NCBI GenBank assembly: GCA_963931455.1
Contig: OZ007013.1
Location: 2,955,457 to 3,019,456 of the forward strand
Direction: 5' to 3'
Origin: an uncultured Faecalibacterium sp.
Lineage (GTDB): Bacteria > Bacillota > Clostridia > Oscillospirales > Ruminococcaceae
Length of the DNA stretch: 64,000 bases
In this document: piece by piece, positions 44,348 to 53,350 of the stretch
Position numbering within the stretch: the first letter of the stretch is position 1
Layout: each line of letters opens with the position of its first letter
Program-made: the position numbers and the translations under genes
Notes under the pieces: model-generated
The model's input: the letters and a program-made list of their open reading frames with translations, nothing else
What the model was told of the DNA's origin: nothing
Databases searched by the model: none

Positions 44348-45288
44348 AGTTTTTCCAGCGGCACCGGGATGCTTTGCAGCAGCTGCTGCATCCGGTGGGC
44401 CGCCGCCTCCCCGTTCATGCCGCCGCCCAGGGTCAGGCGGTGGCACAGCACGGCCGGTGCCAGCTCCTTGATATCTTCCGGGATCACATATTCCCTGCCC
44501 CGCACGGCGGCCAGGGCCTGGGACGCCTTGTACAGGGCAATGGCGCCCCGGGTGGATACCCCGCCGGCAAAGGCGCTGCGGGTACGGGTGGCCTCCACCA
44601 GGTCCATCAGATAGTTTTTGATGTCATCGCTCACCTTGACCTCTACATAGGCCGACCGCACATAGGCGGTCTGTTCCGGCGTCACCAGGGTTTCCAGGCT
44701 GTCCAGAATGGCCTGGGTGGAAGGCCGGGCAATGACTTCCAGCTCCTGCTGGCGCTGCATATAGCCAAGGGACAGCCGCATCAAAAACCGGTCCATCTGG
44801 GCGTCCGGCAGCGGGAAAGTGCCGAAGGACTCCTGGGGGTTCTGGGTGGCCAGCACCATAAAGGGTTCTGCCAGACGGGTGGTGACGCCGTCCACCGTGA
44901 TCTGCCGCTCTTCCATGGCCTCCAGCAGAGCCGACTGGGTCCGGGGTGTGGCCCGGTTCAGCTCATCTGCCAGCACAAAATGACTGAACAGCGGCCCCGG
45001 CCGAAACTCAAATTCACCGGTTTTCTGATTGTAAAAATTGATGCCGGTCAGATCCGACGGCAGAAGATCCGGCGTAAACTGCACCCGTTTGCAGTCCCCG
45101 CCCACCGTCCGGGCAAAGGCCCGCAGCAGCATGGTTTTGCCGGTGCCGGGCTTATCCTCCAGCAGCACATGGCCGGAACAGATAAAACACACCAGAATCT
45201 TTTCGATCACGTCTTCCTTGCCCACAATCACTTTGGAGCAGTTGGAGCGTATTTTTTGCGCATAGTCTGTAAATGCAGACAGTTCCAC
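44344..45288 (-). CDS. moxR: MoxR-family AAA+ ATPase
   Basis: Motifs HVLLED.PGTGKT, RVQFTPDLLPSD, ADELNRATPRTQSALLEAM, ATQNP. Confidence 0.95.
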   Translation of the reverse strand: MELSAFTDYAQKIRSNCSKVIVGKEDVIEKILVCFICSGHVLLEDKPGTGKTMLLRAFARTVGGDCKRVQFTPDLLPSDLTGINFYNQKTGEFEFRPGPLFSHFVLADELNRATPRTQSALLEAMEERQITVDGVTTRLAEPFMVLATQNPQESFGTFPLPDAQMDRFLMRLSLGYMQRQQELEVIARPSTQAILDSLETLVTPEQTAYVRSAYVEVKVSDDIKNYLMDLVEATRTRSAFAGGVSTRGAIALYKASQALAAVRGREYVIPEDIKELAPAVLCHRLTLGGGMNGEAAAHRMQQLLQSIPVPLEKL

Positions 45289-45520
45289 AGGCCGTTTCCT
45301 CCCTCTTAATCATGCGTTCAGGATGCTATTAACATAACATCCCGCCGCCTGTGTGTCAATCAACCCGGCGGACATTTCCCGCCGGAAAAGGGCATTTGAC
45401 CCGTCCCGCCGGAATGGCGCCCCGCAAACAGCCTCTGCACTGCCCCCAACAGCAAAACACCCCGCCTGCCCTGCAGCACAAACTGCCGGGAAGCGGGGTG
45501 CTTTTTGTCACCGGGAAGAA

Positions 45521-46555
45521 TCAGCTTTCTTTTGCAGAGGAATTCAGCCGGGCCGTCAGCTCCTGATAGATCTCCCGGGTATCGTCGGCACTGGGGCCGT
45601 TGAGGACCACCGTCATGCCGCTGACGCTGAGCACAACGCAGTCATCACAGGAATCGTAGGTATACCGGGTATAATTGCCGTAGGCATCATTGGAGAAGGA
45701 ACCCATCAGCATCCGCAGGTTCCCCAGGCCATAGGTACGGATGCCTGCAGCGGGCATCTCATCCCCTGTCACATAGGACACCGATTCAATGCTGTCATAG
45801 GAAATGGTCATATCCTGCCACAAGCTCGCATCCACTGTCAGGGAATCTTCTCCAAACACAACCTTTGCGCTGCCTGCCACCATCGCCACTGCCGCAAAGG
45901 CCAGGGCCCCCACCAGAATCAGGCGGGCCGCCATCTTCTGGGCCGGGCTGACATAAATCTTCCCCACTTTGCCATCCTGGGGATGCTGCTTGTAGTAGCG
46001 GTAAGAATAGACGCAGGGCGCCACCGATGCCAGCACAATGGACGCGATGAAGACCACCATCATGGTTTTCCCCGGCAGCAGGGCGCTGATCATGCACAGC
46101 AGGCCCGCTGCCACCCAGACTTTGCCCGCAAAGCGGTGGGTGGCGTTCCAGTTTGCTTCGCTGGCCAGGGCCCACTTGACCCGGACGCCCATGGTGCGGT
46201 TCTGGCGGATTTTGGGCATATAGTTGCCCACCACCAGAAACAGCAGCCCGAAAGCAAAACAGGTGATGAGATATGTGATTCTGATTCCCGCCGCCCCCTG
46301 CTGTACCGCCATCCTGATGGCCGCCATCAGCAGCGAGACAACCGGCATCAGCCAAAAGATCAGCCCCACCGCTTTTTTGCTCTGGCCTTCCCGGTTGCGG
46401 CGGTCTGTAAACACCAGCACCAGACAAATCCAATGAACCGCCAGCAGCCCGAAACAGGGCCAGAGAATCTGCCAGCCCAGCGCAGCGGGCAGCAGAATCA
46501 CCAGGGAAGAAAGCAGCAATTTGACTTTGTGTTCAGCCATCGTTTTTTTCATCAC
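45521..46555 (-). CDS. SdpI-family immunity membrane protein with an extra C-terminal domain
   Basis: Motif GNYMPK..QNRTMGVR..W.L..E.NW..THRF.GK.W. Confidence 0.85.
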   Translation of the reverse strand: MMKKTMAEHKVKLLLSSLVILLPAALGWQILWPCFGLLAVHWICLVLVFTDRRNREGQSKKAVGLIFWLMPVVSLLMAAIRMAVQQGAAGIRITYLITCFAFGLLFLVVGNYMPKIRQNRTMGVRVKWALASEANWNATHRFAGKVWVAAGLLCMISALLPGKTMMVVFIASIVLASVAPCVYSYRYYKQHPQDGKVGKIYVSPAQKMAARLILVGALAFAAVAMVAGSAKVVFGEDSLTVDASLWQDMTISYDSIESVSYVTGDEMPAAGIRTYGLGNLRMLMGSFSNDAYGNYTRYTYDSCDDCVVLSVSGMTVVLNGPSADDTREIYQELTARLNSSAKES

Positions 46556-46820
46556 CGGACACTCCTTTCAAATCCGTGATCCAGAGCATCACTTCCTCCA
46601 GAACAGAGGCATTCAGTTCATAGTAGATGTACTTGCCTTCCCGCTGGTCGCGGATCAGGTCCGCATCCTTCAGCACCGACAGGTGCCGCGAGATGGAGGC
46701 CGCCGTCACCGGGAAATGCTCTGAAATTTCCCCCGCCGACAGGCGCCCTCCTTTCAGCAGATTGAGGATTTCCCGCCGGATCGGGTCGGCCAGCGCCTTC
46801 AGGGTCAACTGCAAGCTCAA
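46533..46820 (-). CDS. SdpR/ArsR-family repressor
   Basis: Motifs KALADP.RR.IL.LL, SISRHL..LK.ADL; TTG start. Confidence 0.9.
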   Translation of the reverse strand: MSLQLTLKALADPIRREILNLLKGGRLSAGEISEHFPVTAASISRHLSVLKDADLIRDQREGKYIYYELNASVLEEVMLWITDLKGVSGDEKNDG

Positions 46821-46848
46821 GGATTTTGCCTCCTTTCAGGTTTAATAT

Positions 46849-46871
46849 TTAACATTTAGGCTAATTGTTAA
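46849..46871. promoter_or_regulatory. 23-bp palindrome, probable SdpR operator
   Basis: TTAACATTTAG-G-CTAATTGTTAA directly upstream of the repressor gene. Confidence 0.6.
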
Positions 46872-47022
46872 CCATACAATACCATAGATTTCGTTCCCTG
46901 TCAAGAGAATGGCTGTTTGCTCGCCCGGCCCGGCGATTGACTTTGCCTTTTCGCCCTACTATAATGAAAAAAACGCAATATATTCCAGTTGTCCTATACT
47001 GTTTGAAAGGAGAGTATCCTCC

Positions 47023-47370
47023 ATGCCGGAACCGCAGAACTACCAGTCCTGTATTGCCAGCGCCAGGCTGGCCGACACAGGATTCAGCTATACCCTGTCC
47101 CTCATCAACGGAAAATACAAGATGACCATCCTCTACACCCTTATGTGTTTCGGGGTGGTTCGTTTCAACGAGATGAAGCGTTACATCGGCGAGATTTCCT
47201 ACAAAACCCTCAGCGCCACCCTCAAGGAGCTGGAGGCGGACCAGCTGATCCACCGGGAGGAGTACCCCCAGATTCCCCCCAAGGTGGAGTACAGCCTCAC
47301 CCCCCGGGGGCGGTCTCTGATCCCGATTCTGGACCAGATGTGCGACTGGGGCGAAAAGAACCGGCTGTGA
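47023..47370 (+). CDS. HxlR (MarR/DUF24) family regulator
   Basis: Motifs GKYKM.ILY, RFNE, L...LKELE, PPKVEYSLT.RG. Confidence 0.9.
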   Translation: MPEPQNYQSCIASARLADTGFSYTLSLINGKYKMTILYTLMCFGVVRFNEMKRYIGEISYKTLSATLKELEADQLIHREEYPQIPPKVEYSLTPRGRSLIPILDQMCDWGEKNRL

Positions 47371-47485
47371 ATGCTGAGGCTTCCGTTTTTTCTCTTTCCT
47401 TGAAAAAACCGGGCCGCCTTTTTCGTTTTATGAAGAGGAACCTGCAGGGGTTCCCTGATTGAAGGACAGGAGGAGAGCAGAAATC

Positions 47486-48178
47486 ATGAACGAAGAGATC
47501 CTGGTGGTGGACGACGAGACCGCCATTGCCGACCTGGTGGAAGTCTACCTGAAAGGGGAAGGATATACCGTACATAAATGCAGCACCGCCGCCCAGGCGC
47601 TGGACTGCGTGGAACATCAGAAAGTAGACCTTGCCATTTTGGATGTGATGCTGCCCGACCAGAGCGGCTTTTCCCTTTGCCGGAAAATTCGGGAAACCCA
47701 TCTGTTTCCCATCCTGATGCTCACCGCCAAGGTGGAGGATATGGACAAAATCACCGGCCTGGCCCTGGGCGCCGACGATTACATCACCAAGCCCTTCAAC
47801 CCCCTGGAGCTGGTGGCCCGGGTCAAAACCCAGCTGCGCCGCTACATCCGCTACAACAGGGGCAGCGGCGCTGCTCCCACCCAGGAATACGACATCCGGG
47901 GGTTGCAGATTTCCAAGACAAGCCACAAATGCTTTCTCTTTGGGGAAGAACTGAACCTGACCCCGCTGGAATTTTCCATCCTCTGGGTGCTGTGCAGCCG
48001 GCAGGGCAAGGTGGTATCCAGCGAGGAGCTGTTTGAGGCGGCCTGGGGCGAGAAGTATCTGGACAGCAACAATACGGTGATGAGCCACATCGCCCGGCTG
48101 CGGGAAAAGATGCACGAAAACAGCCGCCGGCCCAAATTCATCAAGACGGTCTGGGGGGTAGGATACACCATTGAGTAA
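47486..48178 (+). CDS. OmpR-family response regulator, VanR-like
   Basis: Motifs ILVVDDE, LDVMLP, GADDYITKPFNPLEL, IKTVWGVGY. Confidence 0.93.
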   Translation: MNEEILVVDDETAIADLVEVYLKGEGYTVHKCSTAAQALDCVEHQKVDLAILDVMLPDQSGFSLCRKIRETHLFPILMLTAKVEDMDKITGLALGADDYITKPFNPLELVARVKTQLRRYIRYNRGSGAAPTQEYDIRGLQISKTSHKCFLFGEELNLTPLEFSILWVLCSRQGKVVSSEELFEAAWGEKYLDSNNTVMSHIARLREKMHENSRRPKFIKTVWGVGYTIE

Positions 48179-49301
48179 GCTGTTCAAAACCCGCCGGGAA
48201 TCCGCCCTCCCGGCCGACCGTGCCCGGCAGGCCGGGCTGCGGTACTGGGGCTGGTATATGCTGGCTCTCACACTCTGGGCCGCAGCTGTATCGGCTGCCG
48301 CCATCCTGGGCCCCTGGATCTGCTCTTTCTTCATCTGGTACGTATCCGATCCCCTTTACCGCTATCTGAACATGATTCAGGACAACACCCTGCTGTTCTA
48401 TCTGCTGGCGATTGTGATTGGGTGGGTTGTCATCAGTTACCGGTTCATCGCCCGCTCTGCCCAGGACCAGGCCTGGCTGCTGGCCGGGGCCGAAGCCCTG
48501 GGGCATCCAACCGACACCCCCATCCAGCTGCCGGACCGGATGAAGAGCGCCGAAGACCAGCTGAATCTAGCCCGGGAGCAGGCGCTGCGCACCGCCCAGG
48601 CCGCCAAAGAGGCGGAACAGCGGAAAAATGATCTGGTGGTCTATCTGGCCCACGACCTGAAAACGCCGCTGACCAGCGTCATCGGCTATCTTACCCTGCT
48701 GCAGGATGAGCCCCAGATTTCCCCCGAAATGCGGGCCCGGTATACCGGCATTGCCCTGGAAAAATCCGAGCGGCTGGAAGATCTGATCAACGAATTTTTC
48801 GACATCACCCGCTTCAGCCTCACCCATCTGGAACTGGAAAAGCAGGAAATTGACCTCAAACGGATGCTGGAACAGATGGCCAGCGAGTTTGAGCCGGTGC
48901 TGTCCGGCCGCAGGATGCAGTGCCGGCTGGATCTGCCTGCCCCGCTGCCCCTGGTCTGCGACCCCAACAAGATGGCCCGGGTCTTTGACAACCTGTTCAA
49001 CAATGCTTGCCACTATGCCTACCCTGACTCGGTGCTGGCCGTGGCCGGGCGGGAGGAGGATGGCCAGGTGGTCATCACGTTCCGCAATGCAGGGGCCACC
49101 ATCCCGCCCGAAAAACTGGACCGGATGTTTGAGCAGTTTTTCCGTCTGGATCCCTCCCGCGGGACCCGTTCCGGCAGTGCCGGGCTGGGGCTTGCCATTG
49201 CAAGGGAAATTGTCCAGGCCCATGGCGGCACCATCACCGCCCAGAGCGCTGACGAACAGGTGGTTTTCACCGTTGCCCTGCCCCGCCAGACAAAAGCATG
49301 A
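48171..49301 (+). CDS. Sensor histidine kinase, VanS-like
   Basis: H-box YLAHDLKTPLTSVIGYL; G-box GLGLAIA; two TM segments. Confidence 0.93.
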   Translation: MSKLFKTRRESALPADRARQAGLRYWGWYMLALTLWAAAVSAAAILGPWICSFFIWYVSDPLYRYLNMIQDNTLLFYLLAIVIGWVVISYRFIARSAQDQAWLLAGAEALGHPTDTPIQLPDRMKSAEDQLNLAREQALRTAQAAKEAEQRKNDLVVYLAHDLKTPLTSVIGYLTLLQDEPQISPEMRARYTGIALEKSERLEDLINEFFDITRFSLTHLELEKQEIDLKRMLEQMASEFEPVLSGRRMQCRLDLPAPLPLVCDPNKMARVFDNLFNNACHYAYPDSVLAVAGREEDGQVVITFRNAGATIPPEKLDRMFEQFFRLDPSRGTRSGSAGLGLAIAREIVQAHGGTITAQSADEQVVFTVALPRQTKA

Positions 49302-49370
49302 CAGCAAAAAGGCCCATCCGGTATTGAAGTGACCCCAAAAAGTTAGACAATAATTTGAAATAAAAATAGT

Positions 49371-50183
49371 TCAAACAGCCGAAAGGGCTTGTTGTCTGTG
49401 AATTGCAGGCGGCAGGCCCTTTAGCTTTGCCTTAATACGCCGGTTATTGTAGTAATCCAGATAGTCAATGAGTTCTTGTTTGAAGTTCTGCATGGACTGG
49501 AACTTTTGCAGATAAAGCAGTTCACTCTTTAGCAGACCGAAAAAGTTTTCTGCCACAGCATTGTCCAGGCAATTTCCCTTGCGGCTCATACTTTGCCGGA
49601 CACCTTTAGCTTTGAGCATACGCTGGTACTGCTTGTGCTGGTATTGCCAGCCCTGGTCGGAATGGAGAATCAGCCCGGTTCCATCCGGTATAACTGCAAA
49701 AGCTTTGTCAAGCATGGTTGTCACCATACTCAAAACCGGCCGTTCAGAGATGGTATAGCTGACCAAATACCCGTTGTGCAGATCCAGAATAGGAGAAAGA
49801 TAAAGTTTCTGGCCAAACAGACTGAACTCTGTCACATCGGTGACCCACTTTTGATTTGGCTTTTCTGCGTAAAAATCTCTGTTCAGTAGATTGGACGCAA
49901 CCTTGCCTACATTTCCTTTGTAAGAGCGATATTTTTTCACTCTGACATGACAAACCAGTCTCAGCTGCTTCATGAGTCTCTGTACTGTCTTGTGGTTCAG
50001 ATATATTCCTCTGCTGCGAAGCGCAATCGTGATACGCCGGTAGCCATACCGACCTTTATTTTCGTGGTAGATAGCAGAAATCTCTGTCTTTGCTTGTGCG
50101 TATTTATCTGTCCTGTGCATCCGCTTTCGGTGGTAGTAGAAGGTGGCACGGGGCAGCTGAGCGATTTCAAGCAGAACAGACAA
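49371..50183 (-). CDS. IS3 transposase OrfB
   Basis: Motifs WVTDVTEF, LHSDQGWQY, CLDNAVAENFF. Confidence 0.93.
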   Translation of the reverse strand: MSVLLEIAQLPRATFYYHRKRMHRTDKYAQAKTEISAIYHENKGRYGYRRITIALRSRGIYLNHKTVQRLMKQLRLVCHVRVKKYRSYKGNVGKVASNLLNRDFYAEKPNQKWVTDVTEFSLFGQKLYLSPILDLHNGYLVSYTISERPVLSMVTTMLDKAFAVIPDGTGLILHSDQGWQYQHKQYQRMLKAKGVRQSMSRKGNCLDNAVAENFFGLLKSELLYLQKFQSMQNFKQELIDYLDYYNNRRIKAKLKGLPPAIHRQQALSAV

Positions 50184-50209
50184 TCGATATTTCGGCCTCA
50201 GTTTTTGGA

Positions 50210-50575
50210 CTACCAGGGCTTTTTCCTCTGGCGTCGCTCTCGTTCCAAAACCAAGGCTTGTAAGTTTTTTAAGTATTCGTTCTCCGCTCGAAGTCTCTGA
50301 ACCTCTGCCAGCAGATCTTCTTCTACCTCTTTCGGTAGCTGCCGAGGACGTCCTTTGTTCCCTCTGCCACGCCGTTCCACTTCAAAACCTTCCGGACCCT
50401 CAGTCAGGTAAATTTGCTCCCATTGTTGAATTCGGTAATGGTTGCATACTTGAAAGCGCCGGGCCGTTTCCCGGTAACCCAGCTTTTCTTCCAGCATGGT
50501 TTCGATTACCATTTTCTTGAATTCCGGTGTATATCTCTTGTTTGGCTTCCCTTTTGGCACAATAAAACACCCCAT
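50210..50575 (-). CDS. IS3 transposase OrfA
   Basis: Motifs YTPEFK and RLRAENEYLKNL. Confidence 0.88.
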   Translation of the reverse strand: MGCFIVPKGKPNKRYTPEFKKMVIETMLEEKLGYRETARRFQVCNHYRIQQWEQIYLTEGPEGFEVERRGRGNKGRPRQLPKEVEEDLLAEVQRLRAENEYLKNLQALVLERERRQRKKPW

Positions 50576-50675
50576 TTGTTTTCAGTATACCATACTGTCT
50601 AACAAATGGGGTGCAGTTCATATCCGCCGGACGGGCCTTTGCTATGCTGTTTTATCCGGGCAGCCGGGCCGCGGG

Positions 50676-51311
50676 TCAATCGTCCCGGTCGTCGTGGTCG
50701 TCATCCCAGTCGCCCTTTCGGGAAGTCTGGGCATCAGCAGTCTGATCTGTTCCGGCATCGCCCGCCGAGACCTGAACCGAACCTTTGAACTCATCCAGAA
50801 TGGTTTCCCGCAGGTCTTTTTCCATCTCATCCCGCCAGTGGCTGCTTCCGCCGCTGGCCGAGAGGGAAACGGTGCCGCCTGTTTCCAGATATCCCATGCG
50901 AAGGGCCCGCTTCACCAGGTCCTCCACCACATCGTCGCATTCCTCGCCCCGGAAATCATAGCCTTCGATGAGGGCTTCGCCGTCCTGGTTCAGCCCCTCC
51001 AGTTTCACTACATCATCCTCCCGGTTGACCGACAGCTGGACATCCGGGTTGATCTGGAGCCGGACGGTGCCGTACACCATCCATTGGGGCCGGATGAAGC
51101 CGAAGAACAGCACGCCCAGGCCCAGAAGCACCACCACAAGGCCCACCAGCCACCAGGCCCGGAACCGCCGGGCCGGCGGCAGCTGCAGCTCCACCACCTG
51201 GTCTACTGTCTCCCCTACCTCATAGTGGAGGTTGGCAGCCCGCAGGAAACGGCCCCGCTCGTCCAGCACCACCGCATAGGCGGGGTGGGTTTCCATCACA
51301 AGATATTTCAT
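50676..51311 (-). CDS. rsgI: Anti-sigma-I factor, short form
   Basis: RsgI_N-like start, one TM helix, INP motif, acidic tail. Confidence 0.8.
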   Translation of the reverse strand: MKYLVMETHPAYAVVLDERGRFLRAANLHYEVGETVDQVVELQLPPARRFRAWWLVGLVVVLLGLGVLFFGFIRPQWMVYGTVRLQINPDVQLSVNREDDVVKLEGLNQDGEALIEGYDFRGEECDDVVEDLVKRALRMGYLETGGTVSLSASGGSSHWRDEMEKDLRETILDEFKGSVQVSAGDAGTDQTADAQTSRKGDWDDDHDDRDD

Positions 51312-52075
51312 GTCCGCTCTCCTCCCTTTGGTGCGATCTGGCGCAGGTGGCCCCGGATGATTTCATAGCCATTGGTGAAGGCCAGCAGGATGGCCACTAG
51401 GTATTTCCGGTGGCGCTCGATGGTCTTTTTGTCCACACCTGACCCCATGGCCAGCTCCCGCACCGGCAGCCGCCCCGTGTGGACCAGCCGGTCCAGCAGC
51501 ATGGGGTTGGCCCGGGCACAGTTCAGCACCGCATGGCAGGCGGCCATGGTCCGCTCCTGGCGGGGGCAGTTGTCTGCCACATCCGAGAAGGAAAGGCCGA
51601 AGGTAGCCAGCTGGCGGCCAAACTCCTGGATCTCTTCCCGGCTGGCCGCCCGCAGGTCATAGGCCCCGATCTCATCCCGGCTGTCGGGCAGGGTTTCCAG
51701 CAGCTGGCGGCCATCCTCCCCGGCCGGGGTTTCCAGGGGGACCAGGCCGCTGTGGCGCTGCTCCACCCGGTAAAAGTCGATCAGCCGGTTGCGGATGGCC
51801 GTGGACGCATAGGGCAAAAAGGCCCCCCGCCCCCTCTGGTAGGAAAGGGCCGCCTCATAAAAGGCGGTGGCCGCAATGTTCAGCTCATCCTCATGGCCCG
51901 CCTCGGGGGCGGCATGGGTGAATTTAAAGGTCTCACTGCGTATAAATGGCATGTACTGCCCGATCAATGCATCGGCTGATGCCGGGTCTTTCTGGGCGGC
52001 CCAGACCTGGGCCTCAATTTTGTGCTCCTTGCGGAGTGGGGAGCCTTCCGGCTCCATTTGCAACTGTCTGTGCAC
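51308..52075 (-). CDS. sigI: RNA polymerase sigma-I factor
   Basis: Motifs YMPFI, DE..IA..AF.EA, RLID.YR, FG..FSD, IERHRKY; GTG start at 52075. Confidence 0.88.
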   Translation of the reverse strand: MHRQLQMEPEGSPLRKEHKIEAQVWAAQKDPASADALIGQYMPFIRSETFKFTHAAPEAGHEDELNIAATAFYEAALSYQRGRGAFLPYASTAIRNRLIDFYRVEQRHSGLVPLETPAGEDGRQLLETLPDSRDEIGAYDLRAASREEIQEFGRQLATFGLSFSDVADNCPRQERTMAACHAVLNCARANPMLLDRLVHTGRLPVRELAMGSGVDKKTIERHRKYLVAILLAFTNGYEIIRGHLRQIAPKGGERT

Positions 52076-52125
52076 TTGAATTCCTCCCTCCTGGTCTTTC
52101 CTCAGGTACACCCTTGCCAGCAGAA

Positions 52126-52152
52126 TACGGAGCTGCTGTCGGATTTTCGGGG
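52126..52152 (-). promoter_or_regulatory. SigI-type autoregulatory promoter CCCCgAAAA...CGTA
   Basis: CCCC-N19-CGTA upstream of sigI. Confidence 0.6.
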
Positions 52153-52329
52153 ACAGACTGCATCTTTCTTTTTTAGTGTATCACATTGGAGGGCGGTTGG
52201 CGATGGCATGGCGGGATAAAATCCTCAAAAACCGGAAAAAGCCCCTTTTCTCCCCCGGCTTGACATTCCTCTGGCCGGGCTGTATCATGAAATCAATCCA
52301 CATACCATCATTTGAGAGGAGCAGAGTCT

Positions 52330-53097
52330 ATGAAAATTGCCGTGGTCACCGGTGCCTCCAGCGGACTGGGCCGGGAATTTGTCCGTCAGCTGGCCCTTTT
52401 GGACAAACAGCTGGATGAAATCTGGGTCATCGCCCGGCGGCGGGACCGGCTGGAAGCCCTGCGGGCCCATTGCCGGGTTCCCCTGCGGGTGCTGCCCCTG
52501 GACCTCACCGCCCCCGGCGCTGCTGATACCCTGGAAGCTGCGCTGAAAGCCGCTGCCCCCGAGGTATCCATCCTGATCAACGCCGCCGGCTTTGGCCGGA
52601 TGGGTGACTGGCAGGCCGTCGGCCGCCGGGAGAGCGCCGCCATGATCCGGCTGAACTGTCAGGCGGCGGTGGAAGTCACCCAGGTCTGCCTGCCCTTTAT
52701 GGGCCGCGGCAGCCGGGTTCTGGAGATCTGCTCCACCTCTGCCTTCCAGCCCCTGCCCTATCTCAATGTCTACGCCGCCACCAAGGCCTTCCTCTACCGG
52801 TACAGCCGGGCGCTCCACTGGGAGCTGCGGCCCCGGGGCATCACCGTCACCGCCGTCTGCCCCTACTGGATCCGGGACACAGAGTTTATCCCCACCGCCG
52901 CCCAGAGCGGCCAGCCGGTGCACCACTATCCCCTGGCCTCCACCGCCCGTCGGGTGGCCTTCCGGGCCCTCTACGACAGCCGGCATGGAAAGACCGTCTC
53001 CACCCCGGGGCCGGTCTGCACCGTCCACCGGCTGGCAGGCAAGTGCCTGCCTTCCGACGCCATGATGGCCCTCTGGGAAGGCCTGCGCCGCCTCTGA
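52330..53097 (+). CDS. Short-chain dehydrogenase/reductase
   Basis: Motifs TGASSGLG, INAAG.G, Y.ATK. Confidence 0.92.
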   Translation: MKIAVVTGASSGLGREFVRQLALLDKQLDEIWVIARRRDRLEALRAHCRVPLRVLPLDLTAPGAADTLEAALKAAAPEVSILINAAGFGRMGDWQAVGRRESAAMIRLNCQAAVEVTQVCLPFMGRGSRVLEICSTSAFQPLPYLNVYAATKAFLYRYSRALHWELRPRGITVTAVCPYWIRDTEFIPTAAQSGQPVHHYPLASTARRVAFRALYDSRHGKTVSTPGPVCTVHRLAGKCLPSDAMMALWEGLRRL

Positions 53098-53350
53098 ATC
53101 TCAGACAGCAAAACGCCCCTTGCAGGCCTTTCCTGCAACGGGCGTTTTTTTCATGCGTTCTGCTCACAAGACAAACCTTTTGCGCAGGCACCGGCAGGCC
53201 CGTCGGTTTCTGCCCCCGCTGGAAGAATGTGACAGACACACAGACTTTTCCCGGGGAATACACTACCATATAGTAAAGATAAAATAAAACAGAGCGGACC
53301 ACCGGCCCGCATCCTATGCAGGAAGTCAGATTGAAAAGGAGCGTAAAACC

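Larger units (their letters stand above)
49325..50620 (-). mobile_element. IS3-family (IS150-like) insertion sequence (copy 3)
   Basis: TIRs TGAACTGCACCCC/TGAAGTGACCCC; TAT duplication at 49322-49324 and 50621-50623; A6C slippery site at 50270-50264. Confidence 0.95.

Noticed and set aside
45378-45415. CCCGCCGGAA direct repeat upstream of moxR
   Set aside because: Two short GC-rich copies are within chance expectation at this composition.
47486-49301. Vancomycin resistance cluster
   Set aside because: No vanH, A, X, Y, T or G genes are adjacent.
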